Shown: piece by piece, positions 12,057 to 22,668 of the stretch
Numbering within the stretch: the first letter of the stretch is position 1
Layout: each line of letters begins with the position of its first letter
From: an uncultured cyanobacterium
Lineage (GTDB): Bacteria; Cyanobacteriota; Cyanobacteriia; Pseudanabaenales; Pseudanabaenaceae
Assembly (NCBI GenBank): GCA_963703315.1
Contig: OY969811.1
Coordinates: 1,376,001 to 1,440,000, forward strand
Direction: 5' to 3'
Length of the DNA: 64,000 nt
Translations under genes and position numbers: made by a program
Notes under the pieces: model-generated
What the model was told of the DNA's origin: nothing
What the model saw: the letters and a program-made list of their open reading frames with translations, nothing else
The model's database searches: none

Positions 12057-13526
12057 TTAACGACCACCAACGGTAATCGCATCGACTTTGATATGGGGTT
12101 GACCAACGGTGACATAGATACTGCCACTGACAGATCCACAAAAACCTGCGGCAAGTTCGAGATCTCGTGAACTCATCGAGATTTCTTGCATGATTTCTTT
12201 AGCATCACCGATTAGAGTTGCGCCCTTGAGTGGTTTGGTGATTTTGCCATTTTCGATTAAATAGGCTTCATCCACCGCAAAGTTAAATTGACCAGTCGGT
12301 AGCACGCTGCCGCCGCCCATTTTTTTGCAATAGATACCTTTATCGACAGAGGCAAATAGATCATCTAAAGAAAAGTCACCCGCCCCGATGTAAGTATTTC
12401 GCATCCGACTCGCGGCGGGATAGGCATAGCTCTGGCGGCGACCGCTACCTGTGCGGGGATGTCCTGTGCGTAACTCCCCTGCGCGATCGCTAATAAAGTT
12501 TTTCAGAATGCCATTCTCAATTAACAGAGTGCGTTGAGTGGGCATTCCTTCATCATCCATATCGATTGTCCCAAAAGCTTCCTCAGAGCGACCTTCATCC
12601 CATGCTGTGAGATTTTCATGAGCGATCTTCTGACCTTTTTTGTCAGCAAAGGGAGTAGTTTTCGCTTCGATGCCCGTAGTTTCCAGCAAATGACCACAGG
12701 CTTCATGGAAGATCACGCCGCCAAATTGATTTGCCATGATGATCGGATAGGAGCCAGATTCGACATAATCGGCATAAAGCATTTTCCCTGCGGCTTCCAC
12801 GATTTCATCAACAACGGGTTCATAGTTCCAATTGCGGAGATAGCTAGGATCGCTGGTTCCACCAACGCGCTTACCAATGGAGGAGCGATTTACCCCATCC
12901 GCACAGAGCAAATTAGAGCCAATGGATTGGGTGAGGCGAATATCTCTGGCAAATGTCCCATCACTCGCTGCAACTAAAATTTCCTGCCAGTCACGGAAGT
13001 ACATCGATCGCCTTGATTGGATATGCGTACCTTTTTTAGCCAGCAGTTGATTGGCTCCGAGTAGAATATCTCCCATTTCCCTCATTGGGCTGCATTGAGC
13101 AATCCATGATTCTTTATTCTTTTTGGTGGCATAGTCACGGAATAGTTCCAGATGAATCGATGGAATAATCGAGTTTTGGGAAGGAAGCGTTAATCCTAAA
13201 ATCGAAAGAGCGCGTTCGAGGGCAGATTTTAATCCTAGAAAAGTCAAGTCATTGGTACTGACATAGCAATCTGCCTTACCTTTAAAAGCGCGAATCCCTG
13301 CTCCTGTTGATAACCTTGGGGAGATGCTCGTGATTGCCTCATCTTCTGCTAGACAGCTAATGTAGTTGGTGCGCTCTAAGAAAAACTCTACAAAATCTGC
13401 ACCTGCGGCTCTTCCTAGTCCTAGCAAAATCGATAGAGGTGCTTCCCATGTTTCGTCAAAGCGATCGCCGATCAGTGAATATTGTAAATTAGATAGCTCT
13501 TTGGTCAGTAGCAGTTGATTACTCAT
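12057..13526 (-). CDS. tldD: TldD/PmbA family metalloprotease (TldD type)
   Basis: [10 protein letters not shown] (HExxxH), [22 protein letters not shown]; start at MSNQLL. Confidence 0.9.
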   Translation of the reverse strand: MSNQLLLTKELSNLQYSLIGDRFDETWEAPLSILLGLGRAAGADFVEFFLERTNYISCLAEDEAITSISPRLSTGAGIRAFKGKADCYVSTNDLTFLGLKSALERALSILGLTLPSQNSIIPSIHLELFRDYATKKNKESWIAQCSPMREMGDILLGANQLLAKKGTHIQSRRSMYFRDWQEILVAASDGTFARDIRLTQSIGSNLLCADGVNRSSIGKRVGGTSDPSYLRNWNYEPVVDEIVEAAGKMLYADYVESGSYPIIMANQFGGVIFHEACGHLLETTGIEAKTTPFADKKGQKIAHENLTAWDEGRSEEAFGTIDMDDEGMPTQRTLLIENGILKNFISDRAGELRTGHPRTGSGRRQSYAYPAASRMRNTYIGAGDFSLDDLFASVDKGIYCKKMGGGSVLPTGQFNFAVDEAYLIENGKITKPLKGATLIGDAKEIMQEISMSSRDLELAAGFCGSVSGSIYVTVGQPHIKVDAITVGGR

Positions 13527-13667
13527 GGGGACTCTCGCTGGTTGATTACTAATGCAAGTGTAGCAAATCGATAAACCTAGCAAAGAAAAGGGTTAGCCAA
13601 TTATCTGCTTGTATTTACTTAAAATTTATGGAGCTTATGAAAAATGCTTGGAAACCCGCATTTCATC

Positions 13668-13695
13668 GTAGGATTAATTCATGAGTTGCCCCTAC
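13668..13695. repeat. Degenerate GTAG-type REP-like palindrome
   Basis: GTAGGATTAATTCATGAGTTGCCCCTAC (GTAGG...CCTAC ends); followed by GGCGTAAGTCT, which resembles the TIR of the 17434 element. Confidence 0.5.
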
Positions 13696-13979
13696 ATTTT
13701 GTTTTTTCGGGCGTAAGTCTGAGTTTAGTATTATATCAAATCTGAACTAATCAGTGTTTTGGGGCTTTGTCGCACGCCACTAAAAGGGGAGTATCTAAAT
13801 CAAATTTAGTACTATGGCGGTAGCGATAAAATTAAAGTTACGCATATTGGCTATACTGATAAAGAAATAGCTTGAGCAGATTTCCTGCTTATGGGTAAAT
13901 AGGGGAAGTAGTCAAATTGACGAAAATATCTATCTCTAGATACCATCATCAATTTTGCAAACTATGAAAAGCTGTAACT

Positions 13980-16900
13980 ATGAGCAACTTGTCCGCTAAA
14001 TCAAATGTTGACAATGTGCTTTCAAAACAAGCTACAGCAATTGATGTCGAGCATATCCATTTGAGTTTAGCAATGGAAAAATCAAGATCAAGACTGCTAC
14101 TTTGTTCGGAAGTTGTGCAAATTTTGTGCCAATCTGAAAATGTAGTAGATAGTTTGCTAGAAATTACGAAAAAGATTCTCAATTTACTTCATGCTGCTCA
14201 TGTTTCTATCTATCAATTAGAGCAGTCTATAGGTACTAACAAGACTAGCAAGAGAAATAAATTTAGGGGAAAGATTGTTGCAGAGGCGATCGCCCCATAT
14301 TATGACGCTTGTTCACGAGTTGATATTAAAAATATTTTGCTTGATGAATATCGCTTGAGTCAGAGCATAACGGATCTAATTATTGATCGCTATACAACAG
14401 GAACAAATAGATGGGAGGTTGATTTAGCAGAGATCTTTACTGGCAAAGCTTATCTATTAGTGCCAATTGTAATATCAGAGGGCAATGCGACAAATCTACT
14501 CTGGGGATTTTTAACAGTACATCAATGTACAGGACTAGAGAATGGAACTGCTCAAAGTCGATGGGATCAAGATGATGTGCTAATGCTCCAACAAATTGCG
14601 ATGCAGATCGAGATGAGTTTGCAAAAAATTCAGCTTCGGGATAGCCTATTGACTCAATTACAAGAAGCAGATCAAGCCTATACAATTTTATATCGTTGGA
14701 CTCATCAATATCGGTCTTTAGTCGAGCAAATACCCAGTGTTTCCTATGTCTTGCCAATCAATAATAATGCCGAACTAGCGTATATCAGTCCCCAGATGCA
14801 AGAGCTTTTGGGTGTACCAGCTTCAGAATGGAATGCAGGGTTTTTGAATACTTGGGCTGATTATATCCATCCTGACGATCGCGATCACGTTTATCAAGAT
14901 GTTCGACAGACTATCGCAACGGAAGCCCCTTTCTGTTGCGAATATCGGATGATTAAATATGATGGCACGGTGATTTGGGTGCGCGATACGGCTCGAATTG
15001 GCTTAGCCGTTGATGGTGAAACTAGGCTTTTACGCGGTTCTGCCTTTGATATTAGCGATCGCAAACTGACTGAGGCAAAACTAGATCAAAATAAAAACCT
15101 ACTTAATTTAACGATCGCCAATGTGCCAGTTGGCATTGCCACCTTTAATTTGCAAAGTGAATTTTTGACTGTAAATAGAGGCTTCTGCAAAATATTTGGC
15201 TATACCGAAGCAGAGTTGTTGAAGATGACTGTGAACGAACTCACCCATCCCAACTCTATGGAGACAACTTTAACGGCTCTATATCGCTTACTAGCAAATG
15301 AAGTAACTAGCATTAAAGTCGAAAAACAGTACACTCATAAAAAAGGTCATGCGATCGATGTGATCAGTCGATTTGGGTTAGTCAGGGATGAGAATGACAA
15401 ACCAATTCAATTTGTGGTAGGCGTGGAAGATGTCACTGAACGTAAGCAAACTGAAGCGAAACTAGCGGCGGCTCAGGTGGCGGAATCTGCCAACAAAGCC
15501 AAAAGTGAATTTCTCGCGGTCATGAGCCACGAACTCCGCACCCCCATGAATGCCGTCATTGGCATGACCGAGATTCTCGAAAATACACCACTATCTCCAC
15601 AACAGCAACAATATGTGTCCACAATTCGCAATGGCGGACAGGTATTGCTATCGGTGATTAATAATATTCTGGACTTTTCGCGCATTGAGTCAGGGCAGTT
15701 TGAACTGGAAGTACGTCCCTTTAAGCTAGAGCAATGTATCGAGGAAGTTTTGGATCTGATGACATCGCGCACAGCCGAAAAATCTCTAGAACTATCGGCA
15801 TTGATTAATTCCGATGTGCCGCAGCAATTTCTTGGAGACTATAATCGCTTGCGTCAGATCTTAGTCAACTTAGTCAGTAATGCGATTAAATTCACAGAAG
15901 CTGGTGAAATTGCGATTACCGTAGATGCTCGATTAATCAAGCAGGAGACTAATACTTACGAATTACTAGTGGATGTTCGTGATACAGGAGTCGGCATTGC
16001 ACCTGAGGCGATCTCCCGACTGTTTAAAGCTTTTAGTCAAGCTGATAGCTCGATCGCTCGCCAATATGGCGGTACGGGCTTAGGTTTAGCGATTTGTAAA
16101 CAGCTTTGCGAACTGATGGGAGGAGAGATATGGGTGAATAGTACTGTCGGTAAAGGATCAACCTTTAGTTTTAAAATCGTGGCTGAGTCGATACCGACCG
16201 AGCCAATGCCAATTGCTCCAGAGTTAAAAGGCAAGAGAATCTTAATCATTAATTCTAATTCCACAATTCAAGAAGTAATCTCTATATACGCTCAAGCATG
16301 GAAACTGATTCCCCAATGTGCCTATTCGCCGACAGAAGCTCTGCAACTCTTAAGTGAATCTACCTTTGATGTAGTTTTAATTGATGTCCAGATGGTAGAT
16401 AGTTTACAAATTAATGCTTTAGAACTTGCTCAAAGTATTCAAGAGGTTTTTCCAGATCTCAAATTAGTTCTCTTAACCTCGGTTAAAGAAATTGGTGATT
16501 CTCTGACCGTTCGTTTTGCAGATTATATTACCAAACCGATCTCTGCCTCAAAGATTTACCAATCCTTAGTCAATGTTTTTACCCTGAAAGCTCCCATTGC
16601 CCGTTCCCATTATCCAAGTCCTCAAAAATTCAATAAAATCTTTTCCCAGTCTTATCCATTTCGCGTTTTAGTTGCGGAAGATAATCCTGTGAATCAGCAG
16701 GTTCTATTATTAATGCTAGAAAATCTAGGTTGTCATGCCGAGTCAGTCGAGAATGGTCAAAAAGCGATCGCGTCTTTGGAGCGTAATACCTATGATGTCA
16801 TTTTTATGGATATCCAAATGCCAATCATGGATGGGGTAACCGCAACTAAGGGTATTCGTCAGTTAACCAATCGGCATCCTTGGATTATCGGTTTATCGGC

Positions 16901-17429
16901 AAATGCTTTTGTGGAATCTCGCGAGTCTGCTTTACTTGCAGGGATGAATGACTATCTCACCAAGCCGTTACAAGTCGAAAACTTAATTGCCGCATTGCAA
17001 AAAGTGCCACAACAGCGCCCTGTAGAATATCATGCTCCTCCTATAATTACTGTAAATGACGCTGAGCCTGTACTTGACCTGTCAACTTTAGCAAATTTAG
17101 AAGATTCCATCGGTTCCCAAAACTTAGATGAATTAATTCTTGTCTATTTAGAGCATTCACAACAGGCGATCAATACGATGAAAGAAGCATTCAAAGAGAG
17201 AGACATTATCAAGATTGAATCAGAAAATCATGCTCTTAAAGGGGGAAGTGGCACTTTTGGCGCTACGAAACTGCTGCGGTTCTGTCAAAGTCTCCAATCT
17301 TTATGTAGGACTTGCTTAGCATCCCAGCAAGTGCCTTATGAGCATATAGAACAGATTGGCAGTCTTTTGAGAAATATAGAAGAAGAATATAGTTATCTGG
17401 CTCAAGCCTTTCAACTTAGAAATTATTAA
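13980..17429 (+). CDS. Hybrid sensor histidine kinase (GAF-PAS-PAS-HisKA-HATPase-REC-REC-Hpt)
   Basis: LWGFLTVHQC GAF end, IHPDDR PAS, MSHELRTPMN, GGTGLGL, FMDIQMPIMDG, NHALKGGS. Confidence 0.93.
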   Translation: MSNLSAKSNVDNVLSKQATAIDVEHIHLSLAMEKSRSRLLLCSEVVQILCQSENVVDSLLEITKKILNLLHAAHVSIYQLEQSIGTNKTSKRNKFRGKIVAEAIAPYYDACSRVDIKNILLDEYRLSQSITDLIIDRYTTGTNRWEVDLAEIFTGKAYLLVPIVISEGNATNLLWGFLTVHQCTGLENGTAQSRWDQDDVLMLQQIAMQIEMSLQKIQLRDSLLTQLQEADQAYTILYRWTHQYRSLVEQIPSVSYVLPINNNAELAYISPQMQELLGVPASEWNAGFLNTWADYIHPDDRDHVYQDVRQTIATEAPFCCEYRMIKYDGTVIWVRDTARIGLAVDGETRLLRGSAFDISDRKLTEAKLDQNKNLLNLTIANVPVGIATFNLQSEFLTVNRGFCKIFGYTEAELLKMTVNELTHPNSMETTLTALYRLLANEVTSIKVEKQYTHKKGHAIDVISRFGLVRDENDKPIQFVVGVEDVTERKQTEAKLAAAQVAESANKAKSEFLAVMSHELRTPMNAVIGMTEILENTPLSPQQQQYVSTIRNGGQVLLSVINNILDFSRIESGQFELEVRPFKLEQCIEEVLDLMTSRTAEKSLELSALINSDVPQQFLGDYNRLRQILVNLVSNAIKFTEAGEIAITVDARLIKQETNTYELLVDVRDTGVGIAPEAISRLFKAFSQADSSIARQYGGTGLGLAICKQLCELMGGEIWVNSTVGKGSTFSFKIVAESIPTEPMPIAPELKGKRILIINSNSTIQEVISIYAQAWKLIPQCAYSPTEALQLLSESTFDVVLIDVQMVDSLQINALELAQSIQEVFPDLKLVLLTSVKEIGDSLTVRFADYITKPISASKIYQSLVNVFTLKAPIARSHYPSPQKFNKIFSQSYPFRVLVAEDNPVNQQVLLLMLENLGCHAESVENGQKAIASLERNTYDVIFMDIQMPIMDGVTATKGIRQLTNRHPWIIGLSANAFVESRESALLAGMNDYLTKPLQVENLIAALQKVPQQRPVEYHAPPIITVNDAEPVLDLSTLANLEDSIGSQNLDELILVYLEHSQQAINTMKEAFKERDIIKIESENHALKGGSGTFGATKLLRFCQSLQSLCRTCLASQQVPYEHIEQIGSLLRNIEEEYSYLAQAFQLRNY

Positions 17430-17433
17430 CATA

Positions 17434-17583
17434 TAGGACTTACGCAAAATCCAAATTGCCCTCATCCCCCAACCCCTTCTCCCTTTCTGGGAGAAGGGGA
17501 GTAAGAGATTTTTCTTGTTCCCATCTCCCTTTTTGGGAGAGGGGCTAGGGGTGAGGGTCTTAGAAAATTCTGCGTAAGTCCTA
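17434..17583. repeat. 150-bp MITE-like dispersed repeat with TAGGACTTACGCA terminal inverted repeats
   Basis: TAGGACTTACGCA 17434-17446 and TGCGTAAGTCCTA 17571-17583; internal C-rich/G-rich inverted modules; half-end also at 8071-8082. Confidence 0.8.
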
Positions 17584-17646
17584 ACATAGCAAAGCAAACT
17601 CCAACATTAAAAAATAAAGGCGGCGCTAAGCGCCGCCTTTATTTTT

Positions 17647-17991
17647 TTAATACTCAATCGTCATGCTCTCGTAAGTTACGCCATGAATTTTTTGGATGCG
17701 CTCAGTGGGCTTAGCCTTAATTTTATTCACAAACTGAGCTTCAGACATCTCTGCACTCACCGCGCTATTGTCAACATCGAGATCCAGTTGGGCAAGGTTA
17801 CGATCTAATTCTGCAAGGCGATCGATTATTTGTTGCTGGCGATCGCATACTCGCACTAGCTCTTCCTGCAAGCGCTCTTTCTCATTGGCGAGTTGGTGCA
17901 TCTGAATGTAGATTGCCGAAGGTGTCTTCCGCAAAGGCATAGAGCGCAACTTAGGCTGAATTGGTCTACGGGATGCACGAGAGATAGTCAT
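17647..17991 (-). CDS. Coiled-coil protein resembling cyanobacterial gas vesicle protein GvpV
   Basis: IQPKLRSMP...IYIQMHQLANEKERLQEEL coiled coil and C-terminal MTIEY resemble my recollection of GvpV; start at ATG 17991. Confidence 0.6.
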   Translation of the reverse strand: MTISRASRRPIQPKLRSMPLRKTPSAIYIQMHQLANEKERLQEELVRVCDRQQQIIDRLAELDRNLAQLDLDVDNSAVSAEMSEAQFVNKIKAKPTERIQKIHGVTYESMTIEY

Positions 17992-18046
17992 AGGTTTAAC
18001 CCTGATAGAAGCTTGAGTGTGACAATAGAGAGTATTTCTTTCTATG

Positions 18047-18400
18047 CTATTTAGGAGTAGGCTCAAAGAATACTTTATATAAGATAAATCCGACTAGCGC
18101 CAGAATGCCGATAGAGATCGCCGCCGTCACCAGTTTAAACACAAAATTCAGAATTGTAAATGCAACTAAGCCAATCACGACGATCGCCGCAATTTTAGTA
18201 GCACCAGTCAGGCTATTTACCCAAGCAATCAGACTGCCTAGACCAGTTTTAGCCGCATCAACACTTTGACTAATAGCGACAAACTCTGGCTCAGCCCGTT
18301 TGTCAGGATTTTGAGGTTGGTTGGTCGCCTGTTGCTTATTACCCATTACTTCGCGTTCTAATTCACGAAAGCGTTCTTCAAGGTTATCAGTTTGACTCAT
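18047..18400 (-). CDS. Hypothetical membrane protein (2 C-terminal TM)
   Basis: Charged N-terminus, hydrophobic C-terminal helices. Confidence 0.75.
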   Translation of the reverse strand: MSQTDNLEERFRELEREVMGNKQQATNQPQNPDKRAEPEFVAISQSVDAAKTGLGSLIAWVNSLTGATKIAAIVVIGLVAFTILNFVFKLVTAAISIGILALVGFILYKVFFEPTPK

Positions 18401-18482
18401 AGCCGCAAATGAATAAAAATCTATGGCTTATTCTACTGCATACCGTAGGTCAAGATCCTAAGCGAATAGCGGCGCTACTCGC

Positions 18483-19679
18483 TTAGGATCTTCTTGATGC
18501 TACCCATTGGCTAATATCTTGACGATTAATTGCTGCTGCCATCAAGTCAGGAAATAAATCGGGAGTACAGGCAAAAGAAGGCACGCCAAAACTAGCGATC
18601 GCAGTTGTGTTGTTATGGTCATAAGAAGGAGCGCCATCATCATTTAAAGCTAAGAGCGTGATAAATTGCACCCCTGAAGCCACCAATGCCGCAATCCGTT
18701 TTAGCATTTCCTGATTATTGCCGCCTTCATACAAATCACTAATTAAGACCAAAATTGTTTCCTGTGGTTGTCTGATTAAGCCTTGACAATAGGCGATCGC
18801 TTGATTGATATCTGTGCCGCCGCCCAACTGCGTACCAAAGAGAACTTCCACAGGATCTTGTAGCAATTCCGTTAAATCGACAACCGCAGTATCAAATACC
18901 ACCATACTTGTCTTGACCGCAGGCAAAGAGGCTAGTACCGCGCTAAAAATTCCTGCATAAACTACTGATGTCGCCATCGATCCGCTTTGATCAACACAGA
19001 GAATGATATCGCGGAGAGAAGAGCGCTTGCGTCCATAGCCAATTCGCGTTTCAGGAATGATCGTGCGATATTCGGGTTGATAATTTTTGAGATTAGCGCG
19101 AATGGTGCGATGCCAATCGATTTCACTATGGCGAGGTCGGCGATTGCGAGTGGCGCGATTTAAACTGCCTAAGATCGCTTGTCTAGTAGGATTTTCTAGT
19201 TTGCGCTGAAGTTCCTCAACGACGCGCCGCACTACTAGTCTTGCGGTTTCCTTAGTTTTCGCAGGCATCACCCCACTGAGAGATAGCAAGTTTGATACGA
19301 GATGCACATCTGGCTCGATCGCTTCCAGCATTTCTGGTTCTAGTAACATTCGCTGTAAGTTCAATCTCTCCAAAGCATCCTGTTGCATAATCCGTACAAC
19401 CGAAGTAGGGAAGAAAGTACGAATATCTCCCAGCCATCTTGCCACTTTGGGAGATGAACTTCCTAATCCTGCCTTTCGCTCTTGAGAACCATCGGGATTT
19501 CCATCATTGCCATACTCATCATTGCCATACAATGCGGCTAAGGCTCTATCCATTGCTAAATCGCGATCGCCCAAACCACCACCAATGCCATCGGCTGCAC
19601 CACCACCTAAAATCAATCGCCAACGTCGCAGACGTTCATCGGCGGAGGATATTTGTGAGTTGGGATTAGCTGCTTGCAT
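18483..19679 (-). CDS. VWA domain protein (CoxE/YehP-like)
   Basis: ERLRRWRLILG, IDWHRTIRANL, MIDAS VDQSGSM, GGGTDI, LISDLYEGG; start at MQAANP. Confidence 0.88.
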   Translation of the reverse strand: MQAANPNSQISSADERLRRWRLILGGGAADGIGGGLGDRDLAMDRALAALYGNDEYGNDGNPDGSQERKAGLGSSSPKVARWLGDIRTFFPTSVVRIMQQDALERLNLQRMLLEPEMLEAIEPDVHLVSNLLSLSGVMPAKTKETARLVVRRVVEELQRKLENPTRQAILGSLNRATRNRRPRHSEIDWHRTIRANLKNYQPEYRTIIPETRIGYGRKRSSLRDIILCVDQSGSMATSVVYAGIFSAVLASLPAVKTSMVVFDTAVVDLTELLQDPVEVLFGTQLGGGTDINQAIAYCQGLIRQPQETILVLISDLYEGGNNQEMLKRIAALVASGVQFITLLALNDDGAPSYDHNNTTAIASFGVPSFACTPDLFPDLMAAAINRQDISQWVASRRS

Positions 19680-19711
19680 GATGTAATTAGGCAAAATGTA
19701 ATTAGGCAAAA

Positions 19712-21523
19712 TCAAAACTGAGGTTGACTAGCAGGTGGCGTGATGAAAATAGCGATCGCATTATGCACAGGTGCAATTTCGGTAATAGAACGATTGAGAA
19801 TATTCCCACCCAGAAATAAAGTGGAAGAGCTACCACCATCGAGATTTAGGGCATCTACAGCACCTAGCTTTTTGAGAACTTCCGCAGTTTGCAAAAGATT
19901 GGGAGCAACACCTTCAGGAGCCGCTTGCACAGTGGCTAGCAGCAGTTTACCTTTCTCTCTAGTTGTGGCGATCGCACTACGATTAGCTGCTTGCGTATCG
20001 AAACCTGCTTGGAAGTTTTCGAGTTTGCCATCTAAAGACAAAGTTCCATTCTTCAGTAGGAGAGGTCCTGCACCAATTAAATTAGGAAAACCTGCAAATT
20101 TATCGGGAATGTAAGATTGACGACCGCGCACAGTCATGCCGACAGGTAATTGTTTAGCAGCTTCAGGAGATTGTCTTGCCACTAACACATAGCCATCACT
20201 AGGAATTGCTACCTGTCCTACCCCAACAGCACCACCTTGATACTGAGCAATTACGCGATCGCCACGTACCACAATTAGAAGTTCGTTTTCGGTTAGAGGA
20301 ATGTAGTTACTGCCCCAGTTGGGCGTGTAGCGGGCGATTCCCCTCTGCACATAGGCACTATTGAGATTAGTCAGGACAATTTTGGGTTGATTGGGTGTAC
20401 TGATTTCTTCGGTAAAGTTAAGGCGATCAATTAAGGTTGCACCCTTCTCATTCCATGCGATCGCCCCTCTCACTAAAGCTGTTCCTGCGATCCAACGATT
20501 TCCTTCGCGAATTGCGCCCACAGGTAACTGTCTGGTGCGATTAAAGAATCCACCATTAATCGCACCTACCGCTTGTGCCTTATCGACCATTTGTGGCACA
20601 GGACTTAAGCCCAAAATGCCATTGGTTGAGCCATCAGGATTACTCCAAATAGGACGCAATTTTAAGTTTGGTTGCTTAAGATCAACTTCTAAAGCCGTCA
20701 CTGAAAACTTAATTGTTTTGGGATCTTTATCAGTTTTTGGCTTGTTAGGAATTTCGATAATTTTTTCAATTCTGCGTAATCCTTCTGCCCATTGCACCGT
20801 TAGACTCGGTGGTACATAGTCACGCCGCAGATCAATGACCATGCGCGGCGTGGGACTACTCAGCATCTCGATCGCAGGATTAATCGATGCATTCGTTTGA
20901 ATCTGGATTTGGGTTAACTTACCCTGTGGTTGCACCGTTACTGACTTGACTAGATTTCCAGCAGTCTCATTTTTGTTAGTAGGTACATCGGTCGTAACTT
21001 CCGCCGATACTGTGACTGTAATCGTATTGTCCTGATGACTAACCCGCCAAGGTGTACGCCGATTGAGGTCGATCACAAGGCGATCGCCCCAAGCCTGTTT
21101 ACTACGCCGCACCGCCTGTATTTTCGTGTCAGGGGTATAGATATTTAGAGAATTACCAACTATTTCCGTCCGCCATTGCTCAGCAAAGGGCGCGAGATCG
21201 AGATAGCGAAACCTGCCTGTACTATCAAAGGCAACTCGCGAAAAGATAGGGCTAGAGAACCAGCGTACTCGTTGGCGATCGGATTTTTCTGAATCCAGCA
21301 TCTGCACACCTAAACCGCCCGTCAGCCAGTCTTCCTGCACATAAAAACTTTGCTGCCCTTGTTCTACTTTCCTGATCCAACGTCCTGACCAGGGTTGTCC
21401 ATTTAGTTGAATGACATTGCCGCTATCAGGTATGGGAGCAGAAGGAGCGCTATCAGCAATGAGAAACTGGCAGCTAACAGCAGCAAGCAAGGGAATTAGC
21501 GTTTTACGGGAGGTCATTTTCAT
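19712..21523 (-). CDS. Exported phosphodiester glycosidase (NAGPA-family) protein
   Basis: Signal-like N-terminus; AINGGFF, GAGPLL, RSAIA, ALNLDGGSSS. Confidence 0.85.
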   Translation of the reverse strand: MKMTSRKTLIPLLAAVSCQFLIADSAPSAPIPDSGNVIQLNGQPWSGRWIRKVEQGQQSFYVQEDWLTGGLGVQMLDSEKSDRQRVRWFSSPIFSRVAFDSTGRFRYLDLAPFAEQWRTEIVGNSLNIYTPDTKIQAVRRSKQAWGDRLVIDLNRRTPWRVSHQDNTITVTVSAEVTTDVPTNKNETAGNLVKSVTVQPQGKLTQIQIQTNASINPAIEMLSSPTPRMVIDLRRDYVPPSLTVQWAEGLRRIEKIIEIPNKPKTDKDPKTIKFSVTALEVDLKQPNLKLRPIWSNPDGSTNGILGLSPVPQMVDKAQAVGAINGGFFNRTRQLPVGAIREGNRWIAGTALVRGAIAWNEKGATLIDRLNFTEEISTPNQPKIVLTNLNSAYVQRGIARYTPNWGSNYIPLTENELLIVVRGDRVIAQYQGGAVGVGQVAIPSDGYVLVARQSPEAAKQLPVGMTVRGRQSYIPDKFAGFPNLIGAGPLLLKNGTLSLDGKLENFQAGFDTQAANRSAIATTREKGKLLLATVQAAPEGVAPNLLQTAEVLKKLGAVDALNLDGGSSSTLFLGGNILNRSITEIAPVHNAIAIFITPPASQPQF

Positions 21524-21530
21524 GGTGGCA

Positions 21531-22583
21531 TTAAGGCGCAGGATTGAAATAGCGGGCATGAATTTGGTCAATTTCTGCCAAAATCTCAGCACTTAACTGA
21601 ATATTAGCACTGTCGATATTTTCCTTGAGTTGTTCCATCGTAGTTGCGCCAATAATGGTACTAGCCACAAACCAACGACTTCGCACAAATGCTAGCGCCA
21701 ATTGGGTCGGAGATAAATTATATTTTTGGGCGATCGCCACATATTCAGCCGTTGCCGCCTGTACATTCACTTTTTTATAGCGTTGCCCAAAGCTGGGAAA
21801 TAGCGTAATTCTGGTATTTGATGGTGAACCTTGGACATATTTTCCCGACAGATGCCCAAAGGCAAGGGGACTGTAGGCTAGTAGCCCCACCTGTTCACGA
21901 TAGCAAGCTTCTGCTAAGCCACTATCAAAGGTACGATTGAGTAAGTTATAGGCATTTTGAATCGAGACAATCTTCGGTAAACCTAGCTGTTTGGCTGTAT
22001 GACTAAATTCACAAATGCCCCAAGGCGTTTCATTACTGACTCCCAAATAGCGAATTTTGCCTACTTGAATTAATTCCGCAAAGGTGGCTAACTGTTCTGC
22101 AATATCAACCATTTCGCGTTCATTTTGAGGCTCGAAGGCAACTTGTCCAAACATCGGCACATTGCGATCGGGCCAGTGGATTTGATAGAGATCGATATAG
22201 TCAGTTTGTAGGCGTTTCAGGCTGTCATCCACCGCTTGCAAAATATTCTGACGACTGAGGGCAGCGATCGCATCATCTCTTAACCATTTGTAATTGCGTC
22301 CCGTACCTATGATTTTTGTAGCAATAATTAATTGATCGCGTTTTTGCCTAATCTGCGGTTGTGCTAACCATTCGCCAATATATTGCTCAGTTCGACCCTG
22401 TGTCTCAGAATTGGGAGGTACTGGATACATTTCCGCCGTATCAATGAAATTAATGCCCTGCGCGATCGCATAGTCCAGTTGCTCATGGGCTTCAGCGATC
22501 GTGTTCTGTTGCCCATAGGTCATCGTGCCTAAACAAAGTTCGGATACTAATAGATCGCTTGTACCCAGTCTCTGATATTCCAT
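21531..22583 (-). CDS. NADP(H)-dependent aldo/keto reductase (Tas-like)
   Basis: LCLGTMTYG, FIDTAEMYPVP, IDLYQIHWPDR, GVSNETPWG; start at MEYQRL. Confidence 0.92.
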   Translation of the reverse strand: MEYQRLGTSDLLVSELCLGTMTYGQQNTIAEAHEQLDYAIAQGINFIDTAEMYPVPPNSETQGRTEQYIGEWLAQPQIRQKRDQLIIATKIIGTGRNYKWLRDDAIAALSRQNILQAVDDSLKRLQTDYIDLYQIHWPDRNVPMFGQVAFEPQNEREMVDIAEQLATFAELIQVGKIRYLGVSNETPWGICEFSHTAKQLGLPKIVSIQNAYNLLNRTFDSGLAEACYREQVGLLAYSPLAFGHLSGKYVQGSPSNTRITLFPSFGQRYKKVNVQAATAEYVAIAQKYNLSPTQLALAFVRSRWFVASTIIGATTMEQLKENIDSANIQLSAEILAEIDQIHARYFNPAP

Positions 22584-22668
22584 GTTTGATGCATATAAAC
22601 CGCAAACATAACAATACCATCGCATAAAGAAGAAAGGCTCGCTAAGCGAGCCTTTCTTCTTTGTTAAA

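Noticed and set aside
11797..12141. Short ORFs spanning the tldD/kinase gap (also 26062-26265 and 38453-38650)
   Set aside because: They read through the GC-core palindromes (GGALRRHS-like peptides) and have no coding support.
17316..17597. 93-aa minus-strand ORF (TLTPSPSPKKG...)
   Set aside because: Spurious translation of the TAGGACTTACGCA repeat element.
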